A DNA stretch of 64,000 nt from assembly GCA_045646945.1 (NCBI GenBank), contig JAZRLS010000055.1, forward strand, positions 6,486 to 70,485, read 5' to 3'. This document shows positions 37,163 through 46,800 of the stretch, piece by piece. Position numbers and translations under genes: made by a program. This DNA is from Eubacteriales bacterium. GTDB lineage: Bacteria > Bacillota > Clostridia > Oscillospirales > CAG-272. The notes under the pieces were generated by a model, which saw only the letters and a list, made by a program, of their open reading frames with translations, was not told the DNA's origin and searched no databases. How positions within the stretch are numbered: the first letter of the stretch is position 1; each line of letters begins with the position of its first letter.

Positions 37163-39817
37163 TCAAAAGCCACCGCTCTTCCCGCCGAGTCGCCAAAGAA
37201 GCTTTCGCAAGAACTCAGCCGGCAAGACGAGGAAGGAGAAAGAGAGGGTGTAGAGAAGCTCGGATGCACTCAGAGGCATCGTGCGAAGCACACTTCCGCC
37301 GAGATAGACAAAGAGAATCTGCACGGAGCAGACGAGCGTCATAATCAGGAGAAACGCGCGGTTTTGGGAAAGCCCCGCGAAGAGGCGTAGCCGGTCGGTG
37401 CGCGCGTGAAAGCAATGGAGCACCGAGGTGAAGATAAAGAGCGCGAAAAACGCGGTCAGGTGGCAAAGAGAGGCGGGCGTTTGCCGAAAGTGTGAGGTCA
37501 CGCGCGGGGAGAGAAGAAAAAAGAGAAACAGTCCGATGGTAAAGATGCCGAGCGTGAGGATTTGGTGAATCATATAGCCGTTGAGAATCGGTTCGTCACG
37601 GCGTTTCGGCTTTTCCTTCATATACGAGGGCAGGGGTGCCTCTCCTGCAAAGGCAAGACCGCCGAGCGTATCCATAATGAGATTGATCCAAAGCATCTGA
37701 ACGACGGTGACGGGCGCGCCGATGCCGATAAACGGACCGATCATCGAAATGCCGACCGCACATAAATTCATCGTCAGCTGAAGCGTGATAAATTTTCGGA
37801 TGCTCTTGAAGATGGTTCGCCCATAGAGTACGGCTTTGGCGATCGAGGCGAGGTTATTGTCTAGAATGATGATGTCACCGGCGTCGCGCGCCACACTCGT
37901 GCCCGCGCCCATCGCAAATCCGATGTCGGCACGCTTGAGGGCAGGGGCATCATTGACGCCGTCGCCCGTCATTCCCACCACGCGGTCGGCACTTTGCGCC
38001 ACGCGAACGAGACGGCTTTTGTCGGAGGGAAGCGCACGTGCAACGACGGCAAGCCGAGGGAGAAATTTTGTCAGCTCCCCGTCCGAGAGTCTTGCAAGCT
38101 CGTCGCTCTCCAACACGATAGATCGTTCGGCTGTCAGAATGCCCGTGTCACGGGCGATTCTCTGTGCGGTGTCGCGATGATCTCCCGTGATCATTACCAC
38201 GCCAATTCCTGCCCCCTGCAGCGTGCGGACAGCGTTTTTTGCTTCCTTGCGAATCGGGTCGCGTAAAAGCACGGCACAAAGAAGAGTCAGCTCGCCAAGA
38301 GAAGAGAAATCTTTGGGAAAGCGGTCGCCAAATGCCAAAAGAAGCACACGTCCGCCGTCGCGTGTCAGGTGACCGATGCGCTCGAACAGCGCGGACGAGA
38401 GGTCTCCCAACGGACGGCGTTTTCCCTCCGTATCCATCGCGTAACGAAGATGGGGAAGCAGACGTTCGGGCGCGCCCTTGATCAGATATCGTTCGGAAGT
38501 GCCTTCGAGCGCGACGGCAGAAAATTTTCTCGTGCTGTCAAAGGGGAGTTGATCGCATACACGCAGAGCGAGAGAAGATTCTTTTGGCAGTGACGCGAGC
38601 AGGGCGCGCTCGGTTGCGTTTCCCCCGAGGATTTCTCCCTCAGAGATCGTGGCGGAGGTGTTGTAGCGGCAAGAAATGTCATAGAGACGCGCCAGCGAGG
38701 GGGAGCGACGGGCGAGCGCACGAAAAGAGGGAAGCTCTTCTCCGTTGGCAAGAAGAATAGAGCCGACACTCATTTTTCCTTCGGTCAGCGTGCCCGTTTT
38801 GTCGGTAAAGAGAAGATCCATACTGCCCGCCGCCTCAATGCCGACGGGCTTTCTCACGAGTACCTGATCGCGGATCATTCGTCGGATGTTGGCAGAGAGG
38901 ACGACAGCGATCATCATCGGGAGTCCCTCGGGAACGGCAACGACAATGACGGTCAGCCCCAGCATAAAGGCGTGAAGAAGATGCTCGAGAAGATAGGGCG
39001 TGTCGCGGAGCTTGAGTGCGATGACCTCGGGGCGCATTCCGCTCCCCACAAGGAAGGTGTAAAAGAGATAGGAGAGGGCGACGAGCACGGCGGCAAGATA
39101 GCCGAGACGGCTGATCTGCTTGGCGAGTTTGGAGAGACGGAGCTTGAGCGGACTTTCTCTGGTGTCAAGCTGCACTTCCTTGGCAATCTGTCCGAGAAAG
39201 GTCGTGTCTCCCACGGCGAAAATCTCGATTTCAGCATCGCCCGCAAGCACGGGACAACCGCGGAGCACGGCACTTTTTCCGTCGGGGGTCTTACGACGGT
39301 CGGTACTTTTTGCTTTCAATATCTCACGACTTTCGCCCGTCATCGACGATTGATCAACGCGAAGCTCTCCTTGAACTACGAATCCGTCGGCGGGAATTTG
39401 TTCACCCGCACTCACAAGCACACGGTCACCGACCACGATCTCCTCGATGGAAATTTCCCGCAGAACACCGTCTCGCCATACGCGATAAAAGCCCTTGGCG
39501 CATTCTTCGGAGAGGCGGCGGAATGCCGCCTCACTGCCGCGTTCCGAGAGGGTGGAGATGAGTGTGGCAAGAAAGACCGAGACGGCGATTCCAATGGTTT
39601 CCACAAGATCACCGCCGCGAAAGGTAAAAAAGAGATTCACAGCGAGGGCACAGAGAAGAATACGGATGATCGGGTCGCCGAGATTTCCGAGAAAATGGCG
39701 AAGAAAGCTTTTTTGTGCCTGCACGCTCATACGGTTTTCGCCGTGTTCTGTACGGGAGCGTGCTGCCTCGTCCGCCGTCAATCCTTTTCTGAGGTTTGTT
39801 TGTTCCGCCGTTTTCAT
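37163..39817 (-). CDS. Cation-translocating P-type ATPase (P2, Ca2+/Mn2+-type)
   Basis: DKTGTLT phosphorylation site, TGES, MITGDH and GDGVNDAPALK. 884 aa with about 10 TM segments. Confidence 0.9.
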   Translation of the reverse strand: MKTAEQTNLRKGLTADEAARSRTEHGENRMSVQAQKSFLRHFLGNLGDPIIRILLCALAVNLFFTFRGGDLVETIGIAVSVFLATLISTLSERGSEAAFRRLSEECAKGFYRVWRDGVLREISIEEIVVGDRVLVSAGEQIPADGFVVQGELRVDQSSMTGESREILKAKSTDRRKTPDGKSAVLRGCPVLAGDAEIEIFAVGDTTFLGQIAKEVQLDTRESPLKLRLSKLAKQISRLGYLAAVLVALSYLFYTFLVGSGMRPEVIALKLRDTPYLLEHLLHAFMLGLTVIVVAVPEGLPMMIAVVLSANIRRMIRDQVLVRKPVGIEAAGSMDLLFTDKTGTLTEGKMSVGSILLANGEELPSFRALARRSPSLARLYDISCRYNTSATISEGEILGGNATERALLASLPKESSLALRVCDQLPFDSTRKFSAVALEGTSERYLIKGAPERLLPHLRYAMDTEGKRRPLGDLSSALFERIGHLTRDGGRVLLLAFGDRFPKDFSSLGELTLLCAVLLRDPIRKEAKNAVRTLQGAGIGVVMITGDHRDTAQRIARDTGILTAERSIVLESDELARLSDGELTKFLPRLAVVARALPSDKSRLVRVAQSADRVVGMTGDGVNDAPALKRADIGFAMGAGTSVARDAGDIIILDNNLASIAKAVLYGRTIFKSIRKFITLQLTMNLCAVGISMIGPFIGIGAPVTVVQMLWINLIMDTLGGLAFAGEAPLPSYMKEKPKRRDEPILNGYMIHQILTLGIFTIGLFLFFLLSPRVTSHFRQTPASLCHLTAFFALFIFTSVLHCFHARTDRLRLFAGLSQNRAFLLIMTLVCSVQILFVYLGGSVLRTMPLSASELLYTLSFSFLVLPAEFLRKLLWRLGGKSGGF

Positions 39818-39900
39818 ACCGTCTCTCCTTTTTGGTTCTCATTCTGTTAAACTATATGAGAAATTCCTCGGCGGCATTCCGAAATGTTATGCGAGTGCAA

Positions 39901-40027
39901 ATAAAAAGGCTCCCTTGTGTAAAGGGAGCTGTCGCGAAGCGACTGAGGGATTGTTTTTAGCACGAAAGTATCGTTTACAATCCCTCCGTCACGCTACGCG
40001 TGCCATCTCCCTTTGCACAAGGGAGGC
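39901..40027 (-). promoter_or_regulatory. Nested-palindrome terminator/attenuator-like element (or MITE-like palindrome)
   Basis: On the minus strand: hairpin CTCCCTTgtgcAAAGGGAG, then a long imperfect rod (core GAGGGATTGT/ACAATCCCTC), then hairpin CTCCCTTtacacAAGGGAG plus TTTTTATTT. See findings. Confidence 0.7.
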
Positions 40028-40044
40028 TTGGTTTTCGCGTTGGT

Positions 40045-40470
40045 TTATCCTTTTACCTCAAATCGGTTTCGGCAACGGGGGCAGACCACGGTGTGCTTGC
40101 CCTTCGCTTTGGGGAGGCGAAGCACGGCGCGGCACTTGGGACATTTGCGGTAGACGTGTGTCTTACGGTCGCGAATTTTGTTGCGACGAAGACGGAAAAA
40201 TCCGCAAAAGCGTTCGTTTTCCCGCCGCCGTTTGGCTACGTTGCGTGAAAAAATTCGGAAGAAAATCACGCAGATGAGCGGGATTGTGAGAAGATAGTGC
40301 GCGAAGCTGAGAATCATTCGCGGTCCCGTTGCTTCCAGCGGAAGTAACATTGAGATAATATAGTAGGCAAGCACGAGGAAAATATAGGCGCCGAGAAGTA
40401 CGTTGTTCAGCGTATCTCCCCCGTATCTGCCGTACATAAAGCGTTGAAGCTTTTGCTTGATTTTACCCAT
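40045..40470 (-). CDS. Small membrane protein with a C-terminal zinc ribbon
   Basis: Two predicted TM helices, then CPKC...CPRC. It starts 15 nt after the ABC gene stop, with an RBS AGAGGG. Confidence 0.65.
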   Translation of the reverse strand: MGKIKQKLQRFMYGRYGGDTLNNVLLGAYIFLVLAYYIISMLLPLEATGPRMILSFAHYLLTIPLICVIFFRIFSRNVAKRRRENERFCGFFRLRRNKIRDRKTHVYRKCPKCRAVLRLPKAKGKHTVVCPRCRNRFEVKG

Positions 40471-40485
40471 TTGGAAGCCCTCTTG

Positions 40486-43400
40486 TTATTCGGAACGGAG
40501 TGCTTCGACGGGATCCTTTTTCGATGCCAAACGAGAGGGAATCAGTCCCGCGATAAAGGTCAAGAGCATACTGATCGCCACGAGAACGATCGCCGCGACC
40601 ACGGGCAGACTTGCGCGAACGCCTTCTACACCCGACAGTGCGTGAATGATCGCGTTGATGGGCAGGCAGAGCAGGACCGTCGAAAGAATACCGATCATAC
40701 CCGCAATAAAGCCGACAATGAGCGTTTCTGCGTTGAACACGCGCGAAATATCCTTCTTCGAGGCACCGATGGAGCGAAGAATACCGATTTCCTTGGTTCT
40801 CTCGAGAACCGAGATATAGGTGATAATTCCGATCATGATCGAGGAAACGACCAGCGAGATCGAAACGAATGCGATGAGCACGTAGGAGATGACGTCGATG
40901 ATGATCGAGATTGAGGACATCAGAATGCCGACGAGGTCGGTGTATTCGATCTGCTGATCTTCTTCCACGCTGTCATTGTATTCCTTGATGAAATCTTCGA
41001 TCATTTCCTTGGACGCGAAATCCTTGGCGTAGAAATGAATCGATGCGGGATCTGCCTGCTCGGCGTCACCGAGGAGCTTCAGATTGGATTCGTAGGTCGC
41101 GTCCTTGGTGGGAACAAGTCCGTAGAGGGTTTCTTCGATGAGAGCAAAGGTCTCTTCGTCAATCATTTCGGGGGTGTTGAGCAAGAATTGCAGACTCTTG
41201 TTCGAAAGCTTCCAATTGGGAAGATCGGCTTGAATCTCTGCACAGAGTGCTTGCTGATCTTCGGGGGAACAGCAACCGTAGAGCGTAGCAATCACGATGG
41301 TCCTCTGCGTGTCATTGAGTGAGGGCAGACGGAACATCAAATTCTCGGTGGTCAGAGGAGTATCGGGAATATTCAACTGCTGTGTCAGTTGATCGGAAGA
41401 AAGGATAGTATTGAGCATCATCGCGCCCATTCCGCCGCTTTGCGTATTCATATATTCGATGGCATTGCTGAGCAAGCCTTGAATTTTTTCGCGTTGCGGA
41501 GCATCCTCCATCATACCGAGAAATCCGATGACCGATTGCTCGTTGACGACGAGTCTGTCGCTGAATTCGGGATTCGAGAAGATCATCGAGGTTGCGATGG
41601 AATAGAATTTATCCATATTCGCCGAACCGACGCGATGAATCAGATCGCCGATGGTTTCTCTGGTATATTTAACTCGTTCAAACTTTGCGCCGTCGAGGAC
41701 GTTATTGTTGGGAGTCAGTTTCTGCTGCTGGATGATCTCGCAGGTGGTGTTCTTCTCAAGCATCAGATCGGTCAGTGCCTTGGTGTAGCCAACCGCGCCC
41801 TGAATCGAGGTCGCCGAAACACCGTCCTTGGGACGGACGATACCCGAAATTACAAGCTCGGTGCCGTTCTCGGTCACGAATTTTTCCTGTGAAGAGGAGC
41901 CGTAGCCGTACTCACGCATATCCTGCCACTTAGGATACGGCGTACCATCTACATAGTAATAATCACCGTTCTTCGTATAAAAATCCGCGCTTGCAAGCAT
42001 ATAGAACTTCATACCGAGGAAGTCGTCGAGCGAATATTCCATATTGTGACGGGATTCATATTCGCCGTTTTGCATCAGCTTGGTCATAACGTCTTCCAAC
42101 TCGTCTTGCGGAAGAATACCGAGCATATAGAGCGTCATCGCGCTGACTTGGTTGTTCTTGCCTACGACAAGCACGACCTCGTTGGCTTTTTCGGGCCAAC
42201 GGCTGTCCTCACCGACCAACTCGTACTGCTGATCGAGCAGGTCTTGGTTGTTGATCATTTCTGAGAAGATGCTCATACCGCCCATCGAGGACATCAGATC
42301 GCTCATTCCCGCAAAGGCGTCTCCCATATTTTTGAAGATTTCAGAGGGGTTGACCTGCGTTTTTCCGTCGGCAGTATAGATTTGCATATCGAAATCGTAG
42401 GTGTACTGAATATCGCTGACGTGATCCGAGATCTTCGCGTAGTTCGCGTCAAGATAGCTCTTGAAGGATTTTAGATCGTTCTCCACCGTCGCGGACATCG
42501 CCGCCATCATCGTACCCATCGAGTCGTCGACGTAAATGGTATTGGGATCGGGATTCTCGATCTGCATTTGCGAGGTTTCGGTCATTGCCGACATCATGGC
42601 GGACATATCGGTTTCGGTACGGTTGAGCGAAAGGGGATAGGTCGAGAGGGTGTCCTCCTGAATCTGATCGATGTAGCCCTGAATGCCGTTCGAAATTGAA
42701 AGGATGAGCGCAATACCGATAATACCGATGCTTCCCGCAAACGAGGTCAGAATGGTTCTGCCTTTTTTGGTCAGAAGATTGTTCTTCGAGAGCGAGAGCG
42801 CGGTGAGGAAGGACATCGAATTTTTCTTTTGTTTCTTCTTCGCCGTCTTTTTTGCTTTTTTCTTGGGCTCTTCTGCTGCGGCAATCGGCGCGGGCTCGCC
42901 CTCAAAGGGGTTGGAGTCGTCGATCACAAGACCGTCGCGCAGACGGACGATACGCGTAGAATATTCCTCTGCAAGCTCGGGGTTGTGCGTGACCATAATG
43001 ACGAGACGGTCGCGGGCAACCTCTTTCAGAAGCTCCATAATTTGAACGCTCGTCGTTGTGTCGAGCGCCCCCGTGGGCTCGTCGGCAAGCAGAATTTCGG
43101 GGTTGTTGACGAGTGCACGTGCAATCGCCACTCTCTGCATCTGTCCGCCCGACATCTGACTCGGACGCTTGGAGAGCTGATCTCCGAGGCCTACCTTTTC
43201 GAGTGCTTCTTTGGCTCTTTGTCTGCGTTCTGCCTTGGATACGCCCGAAAGTGTCAGCGCAAGCTCGACGTTCGAGAGAACCGACTGGTGGGGAATGAGG
43301 TTGTAGTTCTGGAAGACGAATCCGACCGAGTGATTTCGGTAATGATCCCAATCGCGGTCGAGAAACTCTTTGGTCGATTTTCCGCTGATGACGAGGTCGC

Positions 43401-43578
43401 CGTCGGTGTAACGGTCAAGACCTCCGATGATATTCAGCATCGTGGTTTTTCCGCAGCCCGACGCACCGAGAATCGAAACGAATTCGTTGCGGCGGAAATT
43501 CAGACTGACACCGCCGAGTGCGATTACTTCGCTTTCTCCCGTGACGTATTTTTTGACGATGTTTTTAAGCTTTAACAT
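40486..43578 (-). CDS. Fused ABC transporter ATP-binding protein/permease (MacB/FtsX type) with a very large extracytoplasmic domain
   Basis: The N-terminus has GASGCGKTT, LSGGQMQR and LLADEPTGALD, followed by a Lys-rich linker and TM1. About 600 aa of non-TM sequence follow, then a C-terminal FtsX-like 3-TM module. The ATG at 43578 follows AAGAGGAGAA. Confidence 0.85.
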   Translation of the reverse strand: MLKLKNIVKKYVTGESEVIALGGVSLNFRRNEFVSILGASGCGKTTMLNIIGGLDRYTDGDLVISGKSTKEFLDRDWDHYRNHSVGFVFQNYNLIPHQSVLSNVELALTLSGVSKAERRQRAKEALEKVGLGDQLSKRPSQMSGGQMQRVAIARALVNNPEILLADEPTGALDTTTSVQIMELLKEVARDRLVIMVTHNPELAEEYSTRIVRLRDGLVIDDSNPFEGEPAPIAAAEEPKKKAKKTAKKKQKKNSMSFLTALSLSKNNLLTKKGRTILTSFAGSIGIIGIALILSISNGIQGYIDQIQEDTLSTYPLSLNRTETDMSAMMSAMTETSQMQIENPDPNTIYVDDSMGTMMAAMSATVENDLKSFKSYLDANYAKISDHVSDIQYTYDFDMQIYTADGKTQVNPSEIFKNMGDAFAGMSDLMSSMGGMSIFSEMINNQDLLDQQYELVGEDSRWPEKANEVVLVVGKNNQVSAMTLYMLGILPQDELEDVMTKLMQNGEYESRHNMEYSLDDFLGMKFYMLASADFYTKNGDYYYVDGTPYPKWQDMREYGYGSSSQEKFVTENGTELVISGIVRPKDGVSATSIQGAVGYTKALTDLMLEKNTTCEIIQQQKLTPNNNVLDGAKFERVKYTRETIGDLIHRVGSANMDKFYSIATSMIFSNPEFSDRLVVNEQSVIGFLGMMEDAPQREKIQGLLSNAIEYMNTQSGGMGAMMLNTILSSDQLTQQLNIPDTPLTTENLMFRLPSLNDTQRTIVIATLYGCCSPEDQQALCAEIQADLPNWKLSNKSLQFLLNTPEMIDEETFALIEETLYGLVPTKDATYESNLKLLGDAEQADPASIHFYAKDFASKEMIEDFIKEYNDSVEEDQQIEYTDLVGILMSSISIIIDVISYVLIAFVSISLVVSSIMIGIITYISVLERTKEIGILRSIGASKKDISRVFNAETLIVGFIAGMIGILSTVLLCLPINAIIHALSGVEGVRASLPVVAAIVLVAISMLLTFIAGLIPSRLASKKDPVEALRSE

Positions 43579-43778
43579 AATTCTCCTCTTCAAATTAATA
43601 TGGAAACAAGATATCCACATTATCATATCATTTTTTTTTGAACGATTGATTTCATTTTCCGCAAAATTGTGTGAATTTTATACATCTTTTGTGACGTTCT
43701 TGTGAAAAAATCAATGAGCACTCAACGATTTTGCTTTTTTGCCCGAAAGACGGTAAGGGATTTTGTGAAAAATCTACA

Positions 43779-43807
43779 TTGACAAGCGGAGAAATTTTTG
43801 GTAAAAT
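43779..43807 (+). promoter_or_regulatory. Sigma-A-type promoter for secreted paralog 1
   Basis: TTGACA, 17 nt spacer, TAAAAT with an extended TGg. Confidence 0.6.
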
Positions 43808-43869
43808 AAAATGAAGTATTTTATCATTGAATGAATGAGTATTTTTGTTTTTTGAAAGGAAGAAAGAAG

Positions 43870-46800
43870 ATGAAACATTTTGGAAAGAAGCTGCTTTCTT
43901 TGGGACTGGTTGCGATCATGCTCGCAAGTATGCTCCCGATGGGCATCTTTTCGGCAAGTGCTTTGGGTAGCATGGACTACAGCCAAAGCGAATTTATCAT
44001 CAATGGTCCTGAGGATTGGGAAGCTATCTCGGATTTTGATGAAGATTTTGCAGACAAGACGATTGTGTTGAACTGCGATATTGAAAATTCCGATTTTTCT
44101 ACCTTGCTTTCCACGTTTGCAGGTACGTTTGACGGTCGAGGACACACCATTTCCGGTGTTGATGCGACGGATGCTCTGATTGCAAAACAGACCACTGCAG
44201 GTGCTGTCATTAAGGATCTGACGGTAGAGGGCAAACTCAGCGGAACCGCAGATAGCGGTGTCGGTATGCTTGTCGGCTCGCACGACGGTACGGGTTCTCT
44301 GACGATCAGCAACGTTACGGTTAATGCTACCGTGGATACCTCCGCGAAGCATATCGGCGGAGTGATTGGTGTATTGAGATTGGAAGACGGACAGACCGCA
44401 ACCTTGGAAAATCTGAACGTTAACGTAACCGTAACCAACGGCAAAACCGTAGACACCAACGTAATGTCGGGTACGGGCGGTGTGATCGGTATTTATGAGC
44501 CGATCGGTAAGCCTACTCTCAACGTAAAGAACGTCAATCTCTCGGGCAGCGTTTCGGCAAAAGCGTCGGTTGGCGGCGTGATCGGTGCGATTTTCTCGAC
44601 CAAGACGCTCGGAAGCACGAATCCCTACAATAATGACGGTTCTTGGGAGAATGCTTTATATACGTATACGTGTAACGAATGTAGAATAACGTATGAGCCG
44701 TATACAGCAAGCGAATTTAAGGATATTGGTGGCAAGATAGTAGAGGACAAAGAAACGAAAATCAAAACTTATACTGCTCCGTGTGGTCATAATTGCATAT
44801 GTGAGGCCTATAAGGGTGATTCATACGCAGGTAACGACAATAGTTACATACAGTACATCTCTGCCAAGGAGCTTTACACGGGCGGTACGGTAACGATTGC
44901 GAACTGCGCGAGCACGATGAACGTCTCGACCGATATTGCCACCGAGCTGATCGGTGCGGGCGGTGTTGTCGGTACGTTTGGCGGTTTTACGCGCTATTTC
45001 GGCGATAACTTTGCCTTTGACGGTGAACTGAATATCAACAATTGTGCGATTGGCGGAACGATCGAAAACACCTCGGGCGCAACGCATCCGAGCTCGGTCG
45101 GCGGTGTCCTTGGTGCGATGTCCTATAGCCACGCAACCGTCAACGTCGAGCACTGTCTCGTGACGGCGACCTTCTCCAACTCCTTAACGGGAGCAAACGG
45201 TGAGGGCGCGGGTCTGATTATGGGTACCAGCGGCTGTCAGACGATGTCGGCACTCAATATTAACAACACCGTAACGACGGCAGAGGATTTTGCTCTCATC
45301 GGAAGTATTATTGCCAAGGTGGGCGGCGGAAACCGTATGACGGGCGCTTGGCTCGTTTTGAATGATAAAAATCTTTTGTCCTCTGTTCCGATGATCTACA
45401 ATTTCCTGGATGAAGACAAGGCGTATTATATGTACGGTACCTATCCCTGGACCTACTCCGCATCGGTGACCGATTCGTCGGTTGTGACCGTTACCGCAGA
45501 AAAAGCTGAGGATATGATCAACAGCGAAAACGGCTTCATCAAGCGAATCGGCGGTCAGGTAGCAGGATTTGGCATACAAAATAGTGTTGTACAGGAGAAT
45601 CAGTATGCAATCCGCTTTATCGCGACGGCGTTGGTTGACGATATGCGTTCGGCAAAAATGACGGTTGTTGTTCGTAATGCAAGCACGGGCAAGGCGCTTA
45701 AGAGATTTGAGAAAGAGTGTAAGATTTATGATGCGCTCAGCACGTACGTCAACGGTGTCAAAATGGAATCCAAGATGGCAACCGAGTTCGGCGCAAAGAA
45801 ATTCCTCGCTCTGACCATTGGTGAGATTCCCGCAGGAACGGCATACACCTTTGATTTTACTCCTTCCTACGTCAACGCTTCGGGTCTGACGGTGACGGGT
45901 GAGACTGTTTCCGTTCAATACAACGCAAATAATCAGTATGATGCGACGAAGAATTCCTTCGACGTAAATCCGCTGATTACCGCTCCCACCGTTCGTATCA
46001 TTTCGAGTAATATTCTCACGGAAGATCCCAGATGGTATAACGAGGATAATACTCACAATGGAACGGGTGAAACATATGATGAGACTATGGACAAGGGATA
46101 TAATGATACGACTATCTATAAGGATGGTAAGAACTACCATCGGTACTTCCGTGATGACCAGGTTGGTGAAAATCTTGGTCGTATCAATAAGAAATATGGC
46201 ACGGGATGGGATGGAGAGAAACGTCTTGCAGAAATGGCAAATATGTATAAAGCATATCAGCCCGACTTTATTGGCTTGCAGGAAGTAAACGGATCGCCTA
46301 CAATTCATAATGACACGACGTATTATTTTAAGGATCATACCACAATGCAGTCGGTACTTTTGGATGCAATGGGTGCAGATTACAAGTATGTTGTCTTTGA
46401 CGGTGTTTCAAATGGAATTTCTCCCTTCAATCCCATTATGTACAATGCTACCAAATGGGAAGTGATTGATCAGAAAATTGCTACCGACAGCACGAAAGTG
46501 GATGGTATGCACCGTTGGCAGTGGGCGAGATTCAAGAGCATTCAGAATCCCGATTATGAGGTGATCGTTGTGAATATCCACGGTCATATCTCCTCATGCG
46601 AGATTACGTATGAGAAGTTCTTCAAGGATCTTAACAGAGAACTGAAGGAATTGGAAGAGAAGAACGTTCCGATTATGATCACGGGTGACTATAACTTGAA
46701 ATCTACCAACACGTATCTGACGCAGACCTTGATTGAGGGAACGCAGATGAAGAACAGCATTCACATGGCATCGAACGTGGATGGTGCTTGGACCGATCTT

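Noticed and set aside
39901-40027. Possible yybP-ykoY (Mn2+) riboswitch upstream of the P-type ATPase. The stretch AAAGGGAGAUGGC loosely resembles the conserved AAAGGGGAGUAGC.
   Set aside because: The sequence folds as one long rod flanked by two hairpins, not as the four-way junction of yybP-ykoY. I could not find the second conserved loop (UUGACA...AGCAAGAC-like). Only a covariance-model search (Rfam RF00080) could overturn this.
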